The notes under the pieces were generated by a model, which did not search any database, had not been told where the DNA came from, and saw nothing but the letters and a program-made list of their open reading frames with translations. A DNA stretch of 36,603 bases from an uncultured Dehalococcoidaceae bacterium (GTDB lineage Bacteria; Chloroflexota; Dehalococcoidia; Dehalococcoidales; RBG-16-60-22). The stretch is taken from assembly GCA_964395955.1 (NCBI GenBank), contig CAYNDI010000001.1:1-36603 (forward strand). The letters run 5' to 3'. The position numbers and the translations under genes were made by a program. Shown in pieces: positions 1-8,634 of this stretch. The first letter of the stretch is position 1; each line of letters starts with the position of its first letter.

Positions 1-735
1 AATATACTGCGGGGAGATATGGGTAAATCCATTGTTCTGGGTCAGGATGTGGGGTATTTGATATCCAAAAGGCTACCGGTAACCATTTATTTCGGTGTCA
101 TGTCTTTTATCGTGAGCGCATTTTTCGGCATCATTTTCGGCGTAATCTGTGCTCTCAGAAGGGGTAAATGGATTGATTCGGTAGTTACTGTTTCGGCCAA
201 TATCGGCATTACGCTGCCTGCTTTCTGGGTGGGAATATTACTGATGTATCTATTCTCGCTGACGTTGCATTGGCTGCCTACTGGCGGTTATGTGTCTCCT
301 GCAGAAAGTCTGGGACAAAGTCTGCGTGCGGCAATCATGCCCGTTATCTGCCTTTCTCTATTCTCGGTTGCTTCACTAACCCGTCAGACGCGCTCTGCCA
401 TGCTTGAGGTTGTCAGCCAGGATTATATCCGGACCGCCTGGTCCAAGGGTTTGCATGAGCGGGTAATAATTCTCCGGCATACCATAAAGAATGCCATGAT
501 ACCTGTTATTACCATCCTGGGCTTACAGGTCGGGCTGATCTTCGGGGGATCGGTCCTGATAGAAACCGTCTTCAATATTCCGGGAATGGGACGGCTAATG
601 GCCAATTCTTTATTTTCTCATGATTACCAGATAGTCCAGGCTGGGACACTGGTCATCGCTGTGGTAGTGGTGCTTTCCAACCTGTTGGTCGATATTTCCT
701 ACGGCTGGTTTGACCCGCGTATAAGGTACGGTTAA
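1..735 (+). CDS. ABC importer permease, Opp/Dpp/Nik family (DppB/OppB-like); 5' end lies outside the window
   Basis: Frame 1 is open from nt 1 (NILRGDMGKS...), so the ATG at 19 is internal. It is a multi-TM protein with a binding-protein-dependent permease cytoplasmic loop (DYIRTAWSKGLHERVIILRHTIKNA). A partner permease and two ATPases follow. Confidence 0.85.
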   Translation, partial: NILRGDMGKSIVLGQDVGYLISKRLPVTIYFGVMSFIVSAFFGIIFGVICALRRGKWIDSVVTVSANIGITLPAFWVGILLMYLFSLTLHWLPTGGYVSPAESLGQSLRAAIMPVICLSLFSVASLTRQTRSAMLEVVSQDYIRTAWSKGLHERVIILRHTIKNAMIPVITILGLQVGLIFGGSVLIETVFNIPGMGRLMANSLFSHDYQIVQAGTLVIAVVVVLSNLLVDISYGWFDPRIRYG

Positions 736-746
736 GGAGTGCGGAA

Positions 747-1652
747 ATGCAGAATAATGTAGCCAATACAGTTAAACCGGCGGTATTGTCTGAAATCGCA
801 CCGGCCCAGAGCGAGTTACGCCGGGTGATGAGGGTATTTTTTGGCCGCAAGCTTGCGGTAGTCGGTTTGGTACTGATTGTCTTTTTGATTATAACGGCCA
901 TATTTGCTCCATGGCTGGCACCCTATCCTCCTAATGACATTGACATGCTTCAAACTCTGGCCAAACCCAGCGCGGAACACTGGCTGGGAACCGATAATCT
1001 GGGAAGAGATGTTCTGAGCCGCATTATTTATGGAGCCCGTACTTCTATAATAATTGCTCTCGGCGCGACCGCGGTGTCCGTCATACTGGGCGAGGCTTTA
1101 GGTCTAATCGCCGCTCATTTTGGCGGAATCATTTTTCAAATTATAATGCGCTTTATCGATGCCTTAATGGCAGTTCCGATGCTTTTGGTTGCTCTGATTA
1201 TGGCTTCCTTGCTGGGTGGCGGGGTGAAAAACGTAATCTTGGCTCTGGGTGTCGGCATGCTATCCGTCCACGCCCGAATGATGTGCGCCCAGGCGCTCAG
1301 TGTCAAGCAAAATGATTATATTCTAGCCGCCAGGGCGATGGGCATGGGCGATCTGCGCATGATGTTCCTGGAAATTGTGCCCAATGCTTTCCCGGCTCTA
1401 GTGGTCGTCATCACTGTAGGCCTGGGGGCGGTTATTCTGGCAGAAGCTGGCCTGAGCTTTCTGGGCGTGGGCGTAATGCCCCCTTATCCAGCCTGGGGCG
1501 GTATGATCAGCGACGGTTACAAATATATACTCTCTAACCCTGCATTGTCACTTTCTCCCGGCGTAGCCATAATGCTGGTAGTCTTTGGTTTTAATATGAT
1601 GGGAGACGGGCTCCGCGATGCCCTGGATCCCAGGTTAAGGGGAGTTATATAA
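747..1652 (+). CDS. ABC importer permease, DppC/OppC-like
   Basis: The N-terminal TM helix is followed by HWLGTDNLGRDVLSRIIYGAR, typical of the OppC/DppC N-terminal region, and by a multi-TM permease core. An AAGGAG RBS sits 7 nt upstream of the ATG. Confidence 0.85.
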   Translation: MQNNVANTVKPAVLSEIAPAQSELRRVMRVFFGRKLAVVGLVLIVFLIITAIFAPWLAPYPPNDIDMLQTLAKPSAEHWLGTDNLGRDVLSRIIYGARTSIIIALGATAVSVILGEALGLIAAHFGGIIFQIIMRFIDALMAVPMLLVALIMASLLGGGVKNVILALGVGMLSVHARMMCAQALSVKQNDYILAARAMGMGDLRMMFLEIVPNAFPALVVVITVGLGAVILAEAGLSFLGVGVMPPYPAWGGMISDGYKYILSNPALSLSPGVAIMLVVFGFNMMGDGLRDALDPRLRGVI

Positions 1653-1685
1653 AGTATAGGACCATAAGAATAATGAGAAGTGTGT

Positions 1686-2678
1686 ATGACTGTCATTTTA
1701 AATGTTGAAAACTTAAAAACCTATTTCCATACGTACCGCGGGCTGGTCAAGGCTGTGGATGGCGTCTCTTTCCATGTCAATGAGAAGGAGATAATCGGGT
1801 TGGTGGGAGAAAGCGGGTGCGGGAAATCGGTAAGCATGCTTTCGGTGATGCAGTTGATAGCGGTGCCGCCGGGCCAGATTGCCGGCGGCACCGTTGAATT
1901 CGAAGGTCAGGACTTATTGAAGTATAAACCCAAAGGCGACAAAATGAGTGCCGTACGCGGCGCCAAGATTGCCATGATATTTCAAGAGCCGATGACCTCG
2001 CTTAATCCGGTTTTGACTATCGGCCGTCAGATTACAGAAATGCTGGAATTACACCTCAAGATGGACCCGCAAACCGCCAGGAAGCGGGCGGTGGAGCTAC
2101 TCAACCATGTAGGTATCCCCGAGGCTGAGAGCCGCCTTGATTCCTACCCGCACCAGTTCAGCGGCGGAATGCGACAGAGAGTAATGATTGCCATTGCCCT
2201 CTCATGTAATCCTAAAATACTCATCGCCGATGAGCCGACTACGGCGGTAGATGTGACCACTCAGGCGCAGCTGCTGGAGCTTATGCAGGAAATGGTGAAC
2301 CGGTTTAATACTTCACTCGTCATCGTTACCCATAACCTCGGTATCGTGGCGCGTTACGCCGAGAGAATATACGTCATGTACGCCGGTCGTATCGTGGAAT
2401 CAGGTCTTTCGGAAGATATTTTCTTACATCCCCGTCATCCTTACACCATCGGACTCCTTAAATGCGTACCCCAGCTGGGGGAAACGAAAAGCGATAGAGA
2501 ACTGGTCCCTATCTCCGGATTACCCCCGAACCTTATCGAGATGCCCCATAATTGTGCATTTTTGCCGAGATGCTCTTACGCTATTGATAAATGCCGAAGC
2601 GAACCCTGGCCTGAACTCCGTTCGGCAGGTGAACAACATTATGTATCGTGTTACGTTGACACCCGGGAGAATGCATGA
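1686..2678 (+). CDS. ABC importer ATPase, DppD/OppD-like, with a Cys-rich C-terminal oligopeptide-type domain
   Basis: Walker A is GESGCGKSV, the ABC signature is [15 protein letters not shown] and Walker B is [12 protein letters not shown]. The C-terminus reads [15 protein letters not shown]. The ORF track starts at GTG 1680; I prefer ATG 1686 ([10 protein letters not shown]). Confidence 0.85.
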   Translation: MTVILNVENLKTYFHTYRGLVKAVDGVSFHVNEKEIIGLVGESGCGKSVSMLSVMQLIAVPPGQIAGGTVEFEGQDLLKYKPKGDKMSAVRGAKIAMIFQEPMTSLNPVLTIGRQITEMLELHLKMDPQTARKRAVELLNHVGIPEAESRLDSYPHQFSGGMRQRVMIAIALSCNPKILIADEPTTAVDVTTQAQLLELMQEMVNRFNTSLVIVTHNLGIVARYAERIYVMYAGRIVESGLSEDIFLHPRHPYTIGLLKCVPQLGETKSDRELVPISGLPPNLIEMPHNCAFLPRCSYAIDKCRSEPWPELRSAGEQHYVSCYVDTRENA

Positions 2679-3661
2679 ACGTTCAACAGAATAATAATCT
2701 TCTGGAAATTAGAAATTTAAAGATGTACTTTCCCATTAATAAAGGATTGTTACGTCGTAAAGTCGGTGACATCAAGGCTGTAGATGACGTGAGTTTTGCC
2801 ATCAGGAAGAACGAGACTCTAGGCCTGGTAGGAGAAAGCGGTTGCGGCAAGACGACTACCGGCCGCTGTATCTTACGGCTTTATCGGCCGACCTCGGGAA
2901 ATATCATATTTAACGGCAACGATATTTCTTCTCTAAAAGATAGACAGTTAAGACCCATCCGCTCAAATATGGGGGCTATTTTCCAGGATCCCTACGGTTC
3001 TCTCAATCCGCGTCAGACAGCGCGCACTATTGCCGGTATGCCGCTGATAATTCATGGCATGACCCGCAGTAGAAATGACTTAAATGATAATGTGGCCGAA
3101 CTTTTTAAAATCGTGGGACTGGATTCAAGTATGATGGACCGTGTCCCCCATGAATTCAGCGGTGGTCAACGCCAGCGCCTGGGAATAGCCCGAGCCCTGG
3201 CCTGTCGTCCCTCGCTGATTATCTGTGATGAGCCGATTTCAGCCCTTGATGTTTCCATTCAGGCCCAAATAATCAATCTGCTGGGGGAACTCCAGAAGAA
3301 GATGGGACTTACCTATCTCTTCATTGCCCATGACCTTTCCGTGGTACAGCATATCAGCGACCGGGTAGCGGTAATGTATCTGGGCCGGATTGTGGAAATA
3401 GCCAGCGCCAAGGAACTCTACCAGAATCCGCTCCACCCGTATACCAAAGCGCTGTTGTCAGCGGTACCGATTCCGAATCCTGTAATAGAAAGGGGCCGGG
3501 TACGTATCGTTTTAAAGGGAGAGGTCCCCAGTCCGGCCAACCCCCCGGCGGGCTGCCACTTCCACCCGCGCTGCGAGTTAGCTGTTCAGGAATGCCGTGA
3601 GGAAAGGCCCCAATTACACAAACATAGCCGCGAACACGAGGTAGCCTGCATTAGAGCCTGA
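2675..3661 (+). CDS. ABC importer ATPase, DppF/OppF-like
   Basis: Walker A is GESGCGKTT, the signature is [15 protein letters not shown] and Walker B is [12 protein letters not shown]. The C-terminus reads [17 protein letters not shown]. An ATGA stop/start overlap links it to the upstream ATPase. Confidence 0.85.
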   Translation: MNVQQNNNLLEIRNLKMYFPINKGLLRRKVGDIKAVDDVSFAIRKNETLGLVGESGCGKTTTGRCILRLYRPTSGNIIFNGNDISSLKDRQLRPIRSNMGAIFQDPYGSLNPRQTARTIAGMPLIIHGMTRSRNDLNDNVAELFKIVGLDSSMMDRVPHEFSGGQRQRLGIARALACRPSLIICDEPISALDVSIQAQIINLLGELQKKMGLTYLFIAHDLSVVQHISDRVAVMYLGRIVEIASAKELYQNPLHPYTKALLSAVPIPNPVIERGRVRIVLKGEVPSPANPPAGCHFHPRCELAVQECREERPQLHKHSREHEVACIRA

Positions 3662-3727
3662 AAGGTTCCGTTTCCCGGCAGGAGCTCGCCCCTTCCTGTG
3701 ATTCAGGACCGGACCTGCTTATAAATA

Positions 3728-3900
3728 ATGCATGAACAAAGCATTGTTGAATCGCTATTAGCCCTGGCAATCGAAAACGCGGAGAAAGCCAAAGCCAGCA
3801 AAATTCTCAGGATTTATCTGGTTGTCGGCGAACTCTCCGGTGTGGTCGAAGAGTCCGTGGATTTTTATTTCAGCATCCCTGGCAAAGACACCATCGCGTC
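3728..3900 (+). pseudogene. hypA: Truncated hydrogenase nickel-insertion protein HypA (N-terminal ~58 codons only)
   Basis: MHEQSIVESLLALAIENAEKAKASKILRIYLVVGELSGVVEESVDFYFSIPGKDTIA matches the HypA N-terminal pattern (MHE.SI ... GELS.V ... F.F ... GTIAEGA). The CxxC...CxxC zinc site is absent. After about residue 58 the 137-aa ORF becomes low-complexity sequence unrelated to HypA. Confidence 0.6.
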
Positions 3901-4102
3901 AGAGTCCAGCCATAAGACCCTCCATTTTAGCGGCGGGGATGACGAACATCATCTCTCCCTCGTCGCCGAGCGCCCGCTGGTACTCGCCGGGGTCGGGGAT
4001 GACGACCCGGTAGCCGCCCTTGAGCATCGGCGTGACAACGGCGTGAGCACAGGAAGGAGGGAAGAACCGGCCGTTTACGTTCGGTATTTCATCAATGTCC
4101 AC
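3899..4102 (-). CDS. Hypothetical 67-aa ORF (GTG start) abutting the hypA breakpoint; possibly a gene fragment
   Basis: This ORF is antisense to the non-HypA tail of ORF 3728-4141 and ends exactly where the HypA similarity stops. I recognise no family. It may be non-functional. Confidence 0.2.
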   Translation of the reverse strand: MDIDEIPNVNGRFFPPSCAHAVVTPMLKGGYRVVIPDPGEYQRALGDEGEMMFVIPAAKMEGLMAGL

Positions 4103-4118
4103 CTGAGGGGATTCGAAC
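4098..4118 (-). other. tRNA 3'-end-like fragment (T-loop, T-stem 3' arm and acceptor 3' arm); not an intact tRNA
   Basis: The minus strand reads GTTCGAATCCCCTCAGGTGGA, i.e. the T-loop consensus TTCGAAT plus 13 nt. The upstream sequence cannot pair to form the T-stem or the rest of a cloverleaf. Confidence 0.2.
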
Positions 4119-4409
4119 TAACGATACCAACAACAAGCTGAATATTTGCATAAAAGCTCTGACTGCTGTAAGTACTGCCCATCAATTATAATGAACCAAG
4201 TGGCAATATGGGTTTAAGTCATGTAATCACCGGAAAGACCCGATAATACTATTAGCTCCATCATGTTCCTCAAACTGTCTTCAACGATGGCAATTGCCTC
4301 GCAAGAAGGCATAACATAACTTCAAGGTTTTCCACGGATAGTCTTGGAGAGGGGGCGAAGCCCCCTCTCGCTGCGCACTTCCCTTTTTAGGGGTGGGGTA
4401 AAAGACTAA

Positions 4410-4460
4410 GGGATAGGCCGTTGATTATACGAGGGCGGCCCGGGTGGGAAAAGATAACAA
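4410..4460 (+). repeat. 51-bp repeat unit, copy 1
   Basis: Sequence is GGGATAGGCCGTTGATTATACGAGGGCGGCCCGGGTGGGAAAAGATAACAA. Confidence 0.9.
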
Positions 4461-4571
4461 CCGAAGGGGGTGGGGTGATTAATAGATTCCAGCCTGCGCT
4501 GTAATGACGGTAGATAGGACGGATTCTTCACTATGCTCAAAATGAACGGATGGGTTGGATTCATGCTCTGT

Positions 4572-4622
4572 GGGATAGGCCGTTGATTATACGAGGGCGG
4601 TCCGGGTGGGAACAGATAACAA
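4572..4622 (+). repeat. 51-bp repeat unit, copy 2
   Basis: It differs from copy 1 at only two positions (C>T at unit position 30 and A>C at unit position 42). Confidence 0.9.
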
Positions 4623-4737
4623 AGGGAAAAAAGAGGGGTCAGCGGTGAAGCTTGAACGTATCAATTAAATACAAACGGAACCTTTAACAATATAAGCAAA
4701 TATGTATTAGTTGCCGGCTTTAGTAACGTTGATTCGC

Positions 4738-4766
4738 TTGCTAGGTATCCCTTTATGTGTAATAAT
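4738..4766 (+). promoter_or_regulatory. Putative sigma70-type promoter of the plus-strand glycan operon
   Basis: The arrangement is TTGCTA (4738-4743), a 17-nt spacer and AATAAT (4761-4766). A GGAG RBS lies at 4782-4785 and the ATG at 4791. The same TTGCTA-N17 layout occurs upstream of the minus-strand operon. This is a motif-only prediction. Confidence 0.3.
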
Positions 4767-4790
4767 TAATCTAAATTCACCGGAGTTTTC

Positions 4791-6290
4791 ATGAAGGTAG
4801 TGCTGGTAAATCCCCCGCAGACCCTCCCTGCTAAAAGCGTCGGGGTACTGGAAGCAAGGATACATCCCCCGCTGAGCCTGCTTTACCTGGCGGCCGTCCT
4901 GGAGAAAAAGGGGGTTGAAATCAGCATCGTCGATGCTCTCGTAATCGGGGAAGGCGCTTTATTCCGCGAGGGTGACAGCCTGCATTTTGGCGCCCGCTGG
5001 CCGCTTTTAAAAGAAAAAATCGCCGAGCTTGAACCGGATATCGTCGGCATTACCAGTCCGTTCACCAGCCAGCTTAAGAATGCCCTGGCCGCCGCCCGCC
5101 TGGTCAGGGAAATCAACCCTGAAATCCCGGTCATTGCGGGTGGCCCCCATGCCGTCGTATCGCCCGGTGATTTTCTGGCTGAGAAGACTATCGACGTGGT
5201 GGTCATGGGCGAGGGAGAGCTGATATTACCGGAGCTTATCAGTCATTATGCCGGTTCCGGCCCAGACCTGGCCGGTATCAGGGGAATCGCTTTCCGGAAC
5301 GAAAAGGGCGAAGTCGTTGTCAACGAACGTGCCGCGCCCGTAGAAAATCTCGACGAACTCCCTTATCCCGCTTATCACCTTCTCAACATGGAAGACTACT
5401 TTCTGGTTCACGAGAAGGGCTTCAAGGGGCGCTCATATGCCAGCGTCAGCCAGACCGTGCCTGTTATTACCAGTCGGGGCTGTCCCTTCAACTGCTGCTT
5501 CTGTTCGGTGCATCTCCATATGGGACGCAAGTGGCGTCCCCACTCGCCGGAACATGTCCTGGGGCACCTCAAGCTACTCAAAGAAAAATACGGCGTGCGC
5601 CATATCGATTTTGAGGATGATTGCATTAATCTGAACGAAAAAAGGTTCGATGAAATCCTGGAGATGATGATAGGGGAGAAGCTGGGTCTGACCTGGAATA
5701 CCCCCAACGGCGTGCGCGGCGACCTTCTTAACGAGTCGCTGGTCAGCAAGATGAAAAAGTCCGGCTGTCTCCGTATCACCATCGCTCCCGAGTCCGGCGA
5801 CCAGGACACTTTAGACAACATCATCGATAAAAAGCTGGACCTACGGAAAATAGAGGCTACGGCCGGGCTGCTGCAGAAATATAAAATAGCCACGCATGCC
5901 TACTATATAGTCGGGTTCCCCGGCGAGACCCCGGCTAAGATGCAAAATACTTTCGACTTTGCCGCCAGGCTGCTGAAAAAGTACGGTGTCGTCCCCTCGG
6001 TCACCATGGCCAGCCCGCTTATCGGCACCCGCCTTTATAACGAATCCAAGAAAGCCGGCTATCTAATAAAGGAGCCCGCCCCGGAGGATATTCTGCTCGG
6101 CTCACATCCCGGCGGCGCCGGTCTGCTCCGTACATCTGAGTTCACGCCGGAAAGCGTCCGGGCGGCTATCAAGAAGTTCTACCGGCGCGTCTTTTTCATC
6201 GCCCTCGGCAAGGCGCCGACTTTAATTCTAAGAGACCCCAAAGCCGCCTTTGAAAAAACGAAAGGGCTGCTCAAGCTGGCGGCCGGTTAG
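4791..6290 (+). CDS. B12-binding-domain radical SAM protein (class B radical SAM)
   Basis: The N-terminal Rossmann-like cobalamin-binding-type domain reads MKVVLVNPP..., DIVGITSPF and IPVIAGGPHA. The radical SAM cluster motif CxxxCxxC is present in TSRGCPFNCCFCS. Length is 499 aa. Confidence 0.8.
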   Translation: MKVVLVNPPQTLPAKSVGVLEARIHPPLSLLYLAAVLEKKGVEISIVDALVIGEGALFREGDSLHFGARWPLLKEKIAELEPDIVGITSPFTSQLKNALAAARLVREINPEIPVIAGGPHAVVSPGDFLAEKTIDVVVMGEGELILPELISHYAGSGPDLAGIRGIAFRNEKGEVVVNERAAPVENLDELPYPAYHLLNMEDYFLVHEKGFKGRSYASVSQTVPVITSRGCPFNCCFCSVHLHMGRKWRPHSPEHVLGHLKLLKEKYGVRHIDFEDDCINLNEKRFDEILEMMIGEKLGLTWNTPNGVRGDLLNESLVSKMKKSGCLRITIAPESGDQDTLDNIIDKKLDLRKIEATAGLLQKYKIATHAYYIVGFPGETPAKMQNTFDFAARLLKKYGVVPSVTMASPLIGTRLYNESKKAGYLIKEPAPEDILLGSHPGGAGLLRTSEFTPESVRAAIKKFYRRVFFIALGKAPTLILRDPKAAFEKTKGLLKLAAG

Positions 6291-6324
6291 TACATGGTGG
6301 ACTTAATGCCATACAATGATAAAC

Positions 6325-6407
6325 TCCTCTCCCTTGATGGGAGAGGAAGGGTGAGGGTGAAATCGTAGTCCCCTCTCCTTTAGTCCTCTCCCACAGGGGG
6401 GAGAGGA
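6325..6407. repeat. Pair of REP-like palindromic hairpins sharing the same 9-bp stem
   Basis: The first hairpin is TCCTCTCCC-ttgat-GGGAGAGGA (6325-6347) and the second is TCCTCTCCC-acaggg-GGGAGAGGA (6384-6407). Both lie in the 177-bp gap after the radical SAM gene. No T-tract follows either hairpin. Confidence 0.8.
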
Positions 6408-6467
6408 AATACATAAAGCTTCGTATGCAAACAGATGCTGGTAGAATATAGCTAGCGAGGTGTTAAG

Positions 6468-7466
6468 ATGAGAGAATATTTAAGCGCCTATAAAGGCAAA
6501 AGCGTCCTTATCACCGGTGGAGCCGGGTGTGTCGGTCGCAATCTGACCAAAGCCCTGATTAAAGCCGAAGCGGCCAAGGTTATCATTCTAGATGATCTTT
6601 CCGCCGCCGCTAAATGGAATATCCCGGCGGCTCCCAACGTAGTTTTCATACAGGGGAGCATACTGGACGAGGAAGCTCTGAAGCGGGCATTTGCTAACCG
6701 CCCCGAATTCGTATTTCACCTGGCGGCGCACTTCGCCAACCAGAACTCGGTGGATAACCCGGAGACCGACCAGACCGTTAACGGCCTGGGCACTTTAAAA
6801 GTGCTGGAATACGCCAACCTGGCCGGCATCGAGAAGTTCGTTTTCGCCTCCTCCGGGTGTTCAGTCTACGGTAGCCAGGCCCCGCTGCCGCTCAAGGAGG
6901 ACTTCGTTTCGCTGCACCTGGATACCCCCTATCAAATCACCAAGCTCCTCGGCGAGCTTTACTGCAACTTTTTCTATAATCATTATAAATTGCCGGTCGT
7001 CATCGCCCGCTACTTTAACGTCTACGGGCCGGGCGAGATACCCGGCGCCTACCGCAACGTCATCCCCAACTTCATGTGGTGGGCTATCCACAAGAAGCCC
7101 CTGCCGATTACCGGCACCGGTGACGAGACCCGCGATTTCACCTTCGTCGAGGACATCGTCGCCGGCACGATGCTGCTGGGCATCGTCCCCGAAGCCGTCG
7201 GCGACGCTTTTAATCTGGCTTCCGAGACCGAGACAAAGATTAAGGACATCGCTGATATGGTGAACGAAATTACCGGCAACGATAAAGGTATCGAGTTGAT
7301 ACCGCGGCGGGACTGGGACAAGATAACCCGGCGGAGAGCTTCGATTGAAAAAGCCGGGAAAGTCCTGGGCTACGAGCCGGGAATGGCTATGAAAGACGGT
7401 ATCAGGAAGGTCTACGACTGGATTATGGAGAACCGGAGCCTGATAGAGTCCAGCGCCAAGTTTTAA
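6468..7466 (+). CDS. NAD-dependent sugar-nucleotide epimerase/dehydratase (extended SDR)
   Basis: The glycine-rich motif is ITGGAGCVGRNL, the catalytic serine region is ASSGCSVYG and the YxxxK motif is YQITK. A GAGG RBS lies 7 nt upstream. Confidence 0.8.
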   Translation: MREYLSAYKGKSVLITGGAGCVGRNLTKALIKAEAAKVIILDDLSAAAKWNIPAAPNVVFIQGSILDEEALKRAFANRPEFVFHLAAHFANQNSVDNPETDQTVNGLGTLKVLEYANLAGIEKFVFASSGCSVYGSQAPLPLKEDFVSLHLDTPYQITKLLGELYCNFFYNHYKLPVVIARYFNVYGPGEIPGAYRNVIPNFMWWAIHKKPLPITGTGDETRDFTFVEDIVAGTMLLGIVPEAVGDAFNLASETETKIKDIADMVNEITGNDKGIELIPRRDWDKITRRRASIEKAGKVLGYEPGMAMKDGIRKVYDWIMENRSLIESSAKF

Positions 7467-7482
7467 GCTTATCCGGGATTGA

Positions 7483-8634
7483 ATGCCGCTAATGCGTAAA
7501 AAAGAGGCTGTTTTCGTGAGGTCGAACCCTTTAGACCGGGATGTCCGCCTGCCCAAGGAGATAACGGCGATTAACCTTGCGGGCTATGGCACCCGGCACA
7601 TTTACTGGGACCGGGAAGGAAAAGCCGATGAGCCGATGGAACTGGAAAATCACCGGGCGATACCCTTCCGCCTGAGGGCTCCCTGGGGTAAATGGATTTT
7701 GTTTTATCTCCCCCTCTGGTGGGGCTTCGTTTTCTTTCGCCTGGTGACGATGCGGTTCGATATCGTTCACGTTGTTAATTTCGATAGCGTCCTTCCCTGC
7801 GTCATCGCGGCGAAACTTAAGAGGAAGCCGGTTGTTTATGAACTCCTTGACGTATACGAGGAATTGCTCCCCGCCGGACTGCGGGCGGTCGGCCTGGCGG
7901 TGGACAAGTTAATCATGCGCCTGGCTACCGCTATCATCGTCGTCGATGACGAGCAGGTAGCGGGCATCGGCGGTATCCCCCACCGTCGTATCGTCACCGT
8001 TTACGATTCTCCACCGGATTATCTCGTCAATCAGGATAGCCCTCCCGCTGATATTGAGAAGAACAAGCAGTTCACGCTGTTTTATGCCGGCCAGCTGCAT
8101 CGGGACCGACTGCTCAATCTGGACAAGGTAATCGAGGTGGTTAAAGAAATCGATGGCGTAAAGCTGGTATTAGCGGGCTACGGGGATATGGCCGCGGAAA
8201 TCGGAGAGCTGGCTGCCCGGCTGCCTGACAGGTTTGAGTTTATCGGGAAAATACCCTACGCCGAGGTAATCCGATGCGGGCTGACGGCCGACCTCTTTTT
8301 CGTCCTCAGGGACCCCGTCCTGCCGTTTTACCGCTACATCTGCGGCAGCACCCTGTTCAACGCCATGATTTGCGGCAAGCCCATCCTGGTCAATCAGGGC
8401 ACTTCGACAACGAAGAAAGTCACCGCGGAGAACTGCGGTATAGCCGTGAATTCCGGTGATGTCAACGAGATAAAGCAGGCGATTATCAAACTACGCGATG
8501 GTCCGTCGCTCTGCCGCGAGCTGGGAACCAATGCCCGGCGGGCCTACGAGCAGCGTTATAGCTGGGATATCATGGGACAGCGGCTGGTCAATCTTTACAA
8601 CGAACTGACTCAGGAGGTTAAGGGTGCCGGATAA
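7483..8634 (+). CDS. GT-B glycosyltransferase (GT4-like)
   Basis: The protein is 383 aa with a two-Rossmann-domain layout. The C-terminal domain reads FYAGQL...VKLVLAGYG...GSTLFNAMICGKPILVNQG, resembling the GT4 donor-binding region. Confidence 0.65.
   Translation: MPLMRKKEAVFVRSNPLDRDVRLPKEITAINLAGYGTRHIYWDREGKADEPMELENHRAIPFRLRAPWGKWILFYLPLWWGFVFFRLVTMRFDIVHVVNFDSVLPCVIAAKLKRKPVVYELLDVYEELLPAGLRAVGLAVDKLIMRLATAIIVVDDEQVAGIGGIPHRRIVTVYDSPPDYLVNQDSPPADIEKNKQFTLFYAGQLHRDRLLNLDKVIEVVKEIDGVKLVLAGYGDMAAEIGELAARLPDRFEFIGKIPYAEVIRCGLTADLFFVLRDPVLPFYRYICGSTLFNAMICGKPILVNQGTSTTKKVTAENCGIAVNSGDVNEIKQAIIKLRDGPSLCRELGTNARRAYEQRYSWDIMGQRLVNLYNELTQEVKGAG

Larger units (their letters stand above)
4344..4622 (+). 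repeat. Composite repeat module L: GC hairpin, 51-bp unit, ~110-bp spacer, second 51-bp unit
   Basis: The module contains a perfect hairpin, GAGAGGGGGC-GAA-GCCCCCTCTC (4347-4369). It also holds two 51-bp direct repeats (4410-4460 and 4572-4622) with 49/51 identical by hand alignment. The whole module is imperfectly homologous to the reverse complement of 34599-34854. Confidence 0.85.

Noticed and set aside
3728-4141. Treating the 137-aa ORF as a full-length HypA-like gene.
   Set aside because: Similarity to HypA ends after about 58 residues and both CxxC zinc-binding motifs are absent. The tail is low-complexity and is better explained as read-through into foreign or antisense sequence.
4090-4180. 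Possible intact minus-strand tRNA gene, suggested by GGATTCGAAC.
   Set aside because: Only the T-loop and 3' segment are tRNA-like. The 5' T-stem arm (GTTAG) cannot pair with CCCCT, and no anticodon or D arm can be drawn. It is kept only as a low-confidence fragment.
4410-4622. Possible CRISPR array, suggested by the two near-identical 51-bp direct repeats.
   Set aside because: There are only two copies with a 111-bp spacer, which is too long. The repeats are themselves too long for a CRISPR array. No cas genes are present, and the same unit recurs inverted 30 kb away inside a larger homologous module. This is an intergenic repeat family, not CRISPR.
4142-4790. Possible cobalamin riboswitch upstream of the B12-type radical SAM gene.
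   Set aside because: I could not find a B12-box-like core or the conserved GCCACTG-type element. The best promoter candidate lies only ~25 nt upstream of the ATG, leaving no room for an aptamer. An Rfam scan would settle this.
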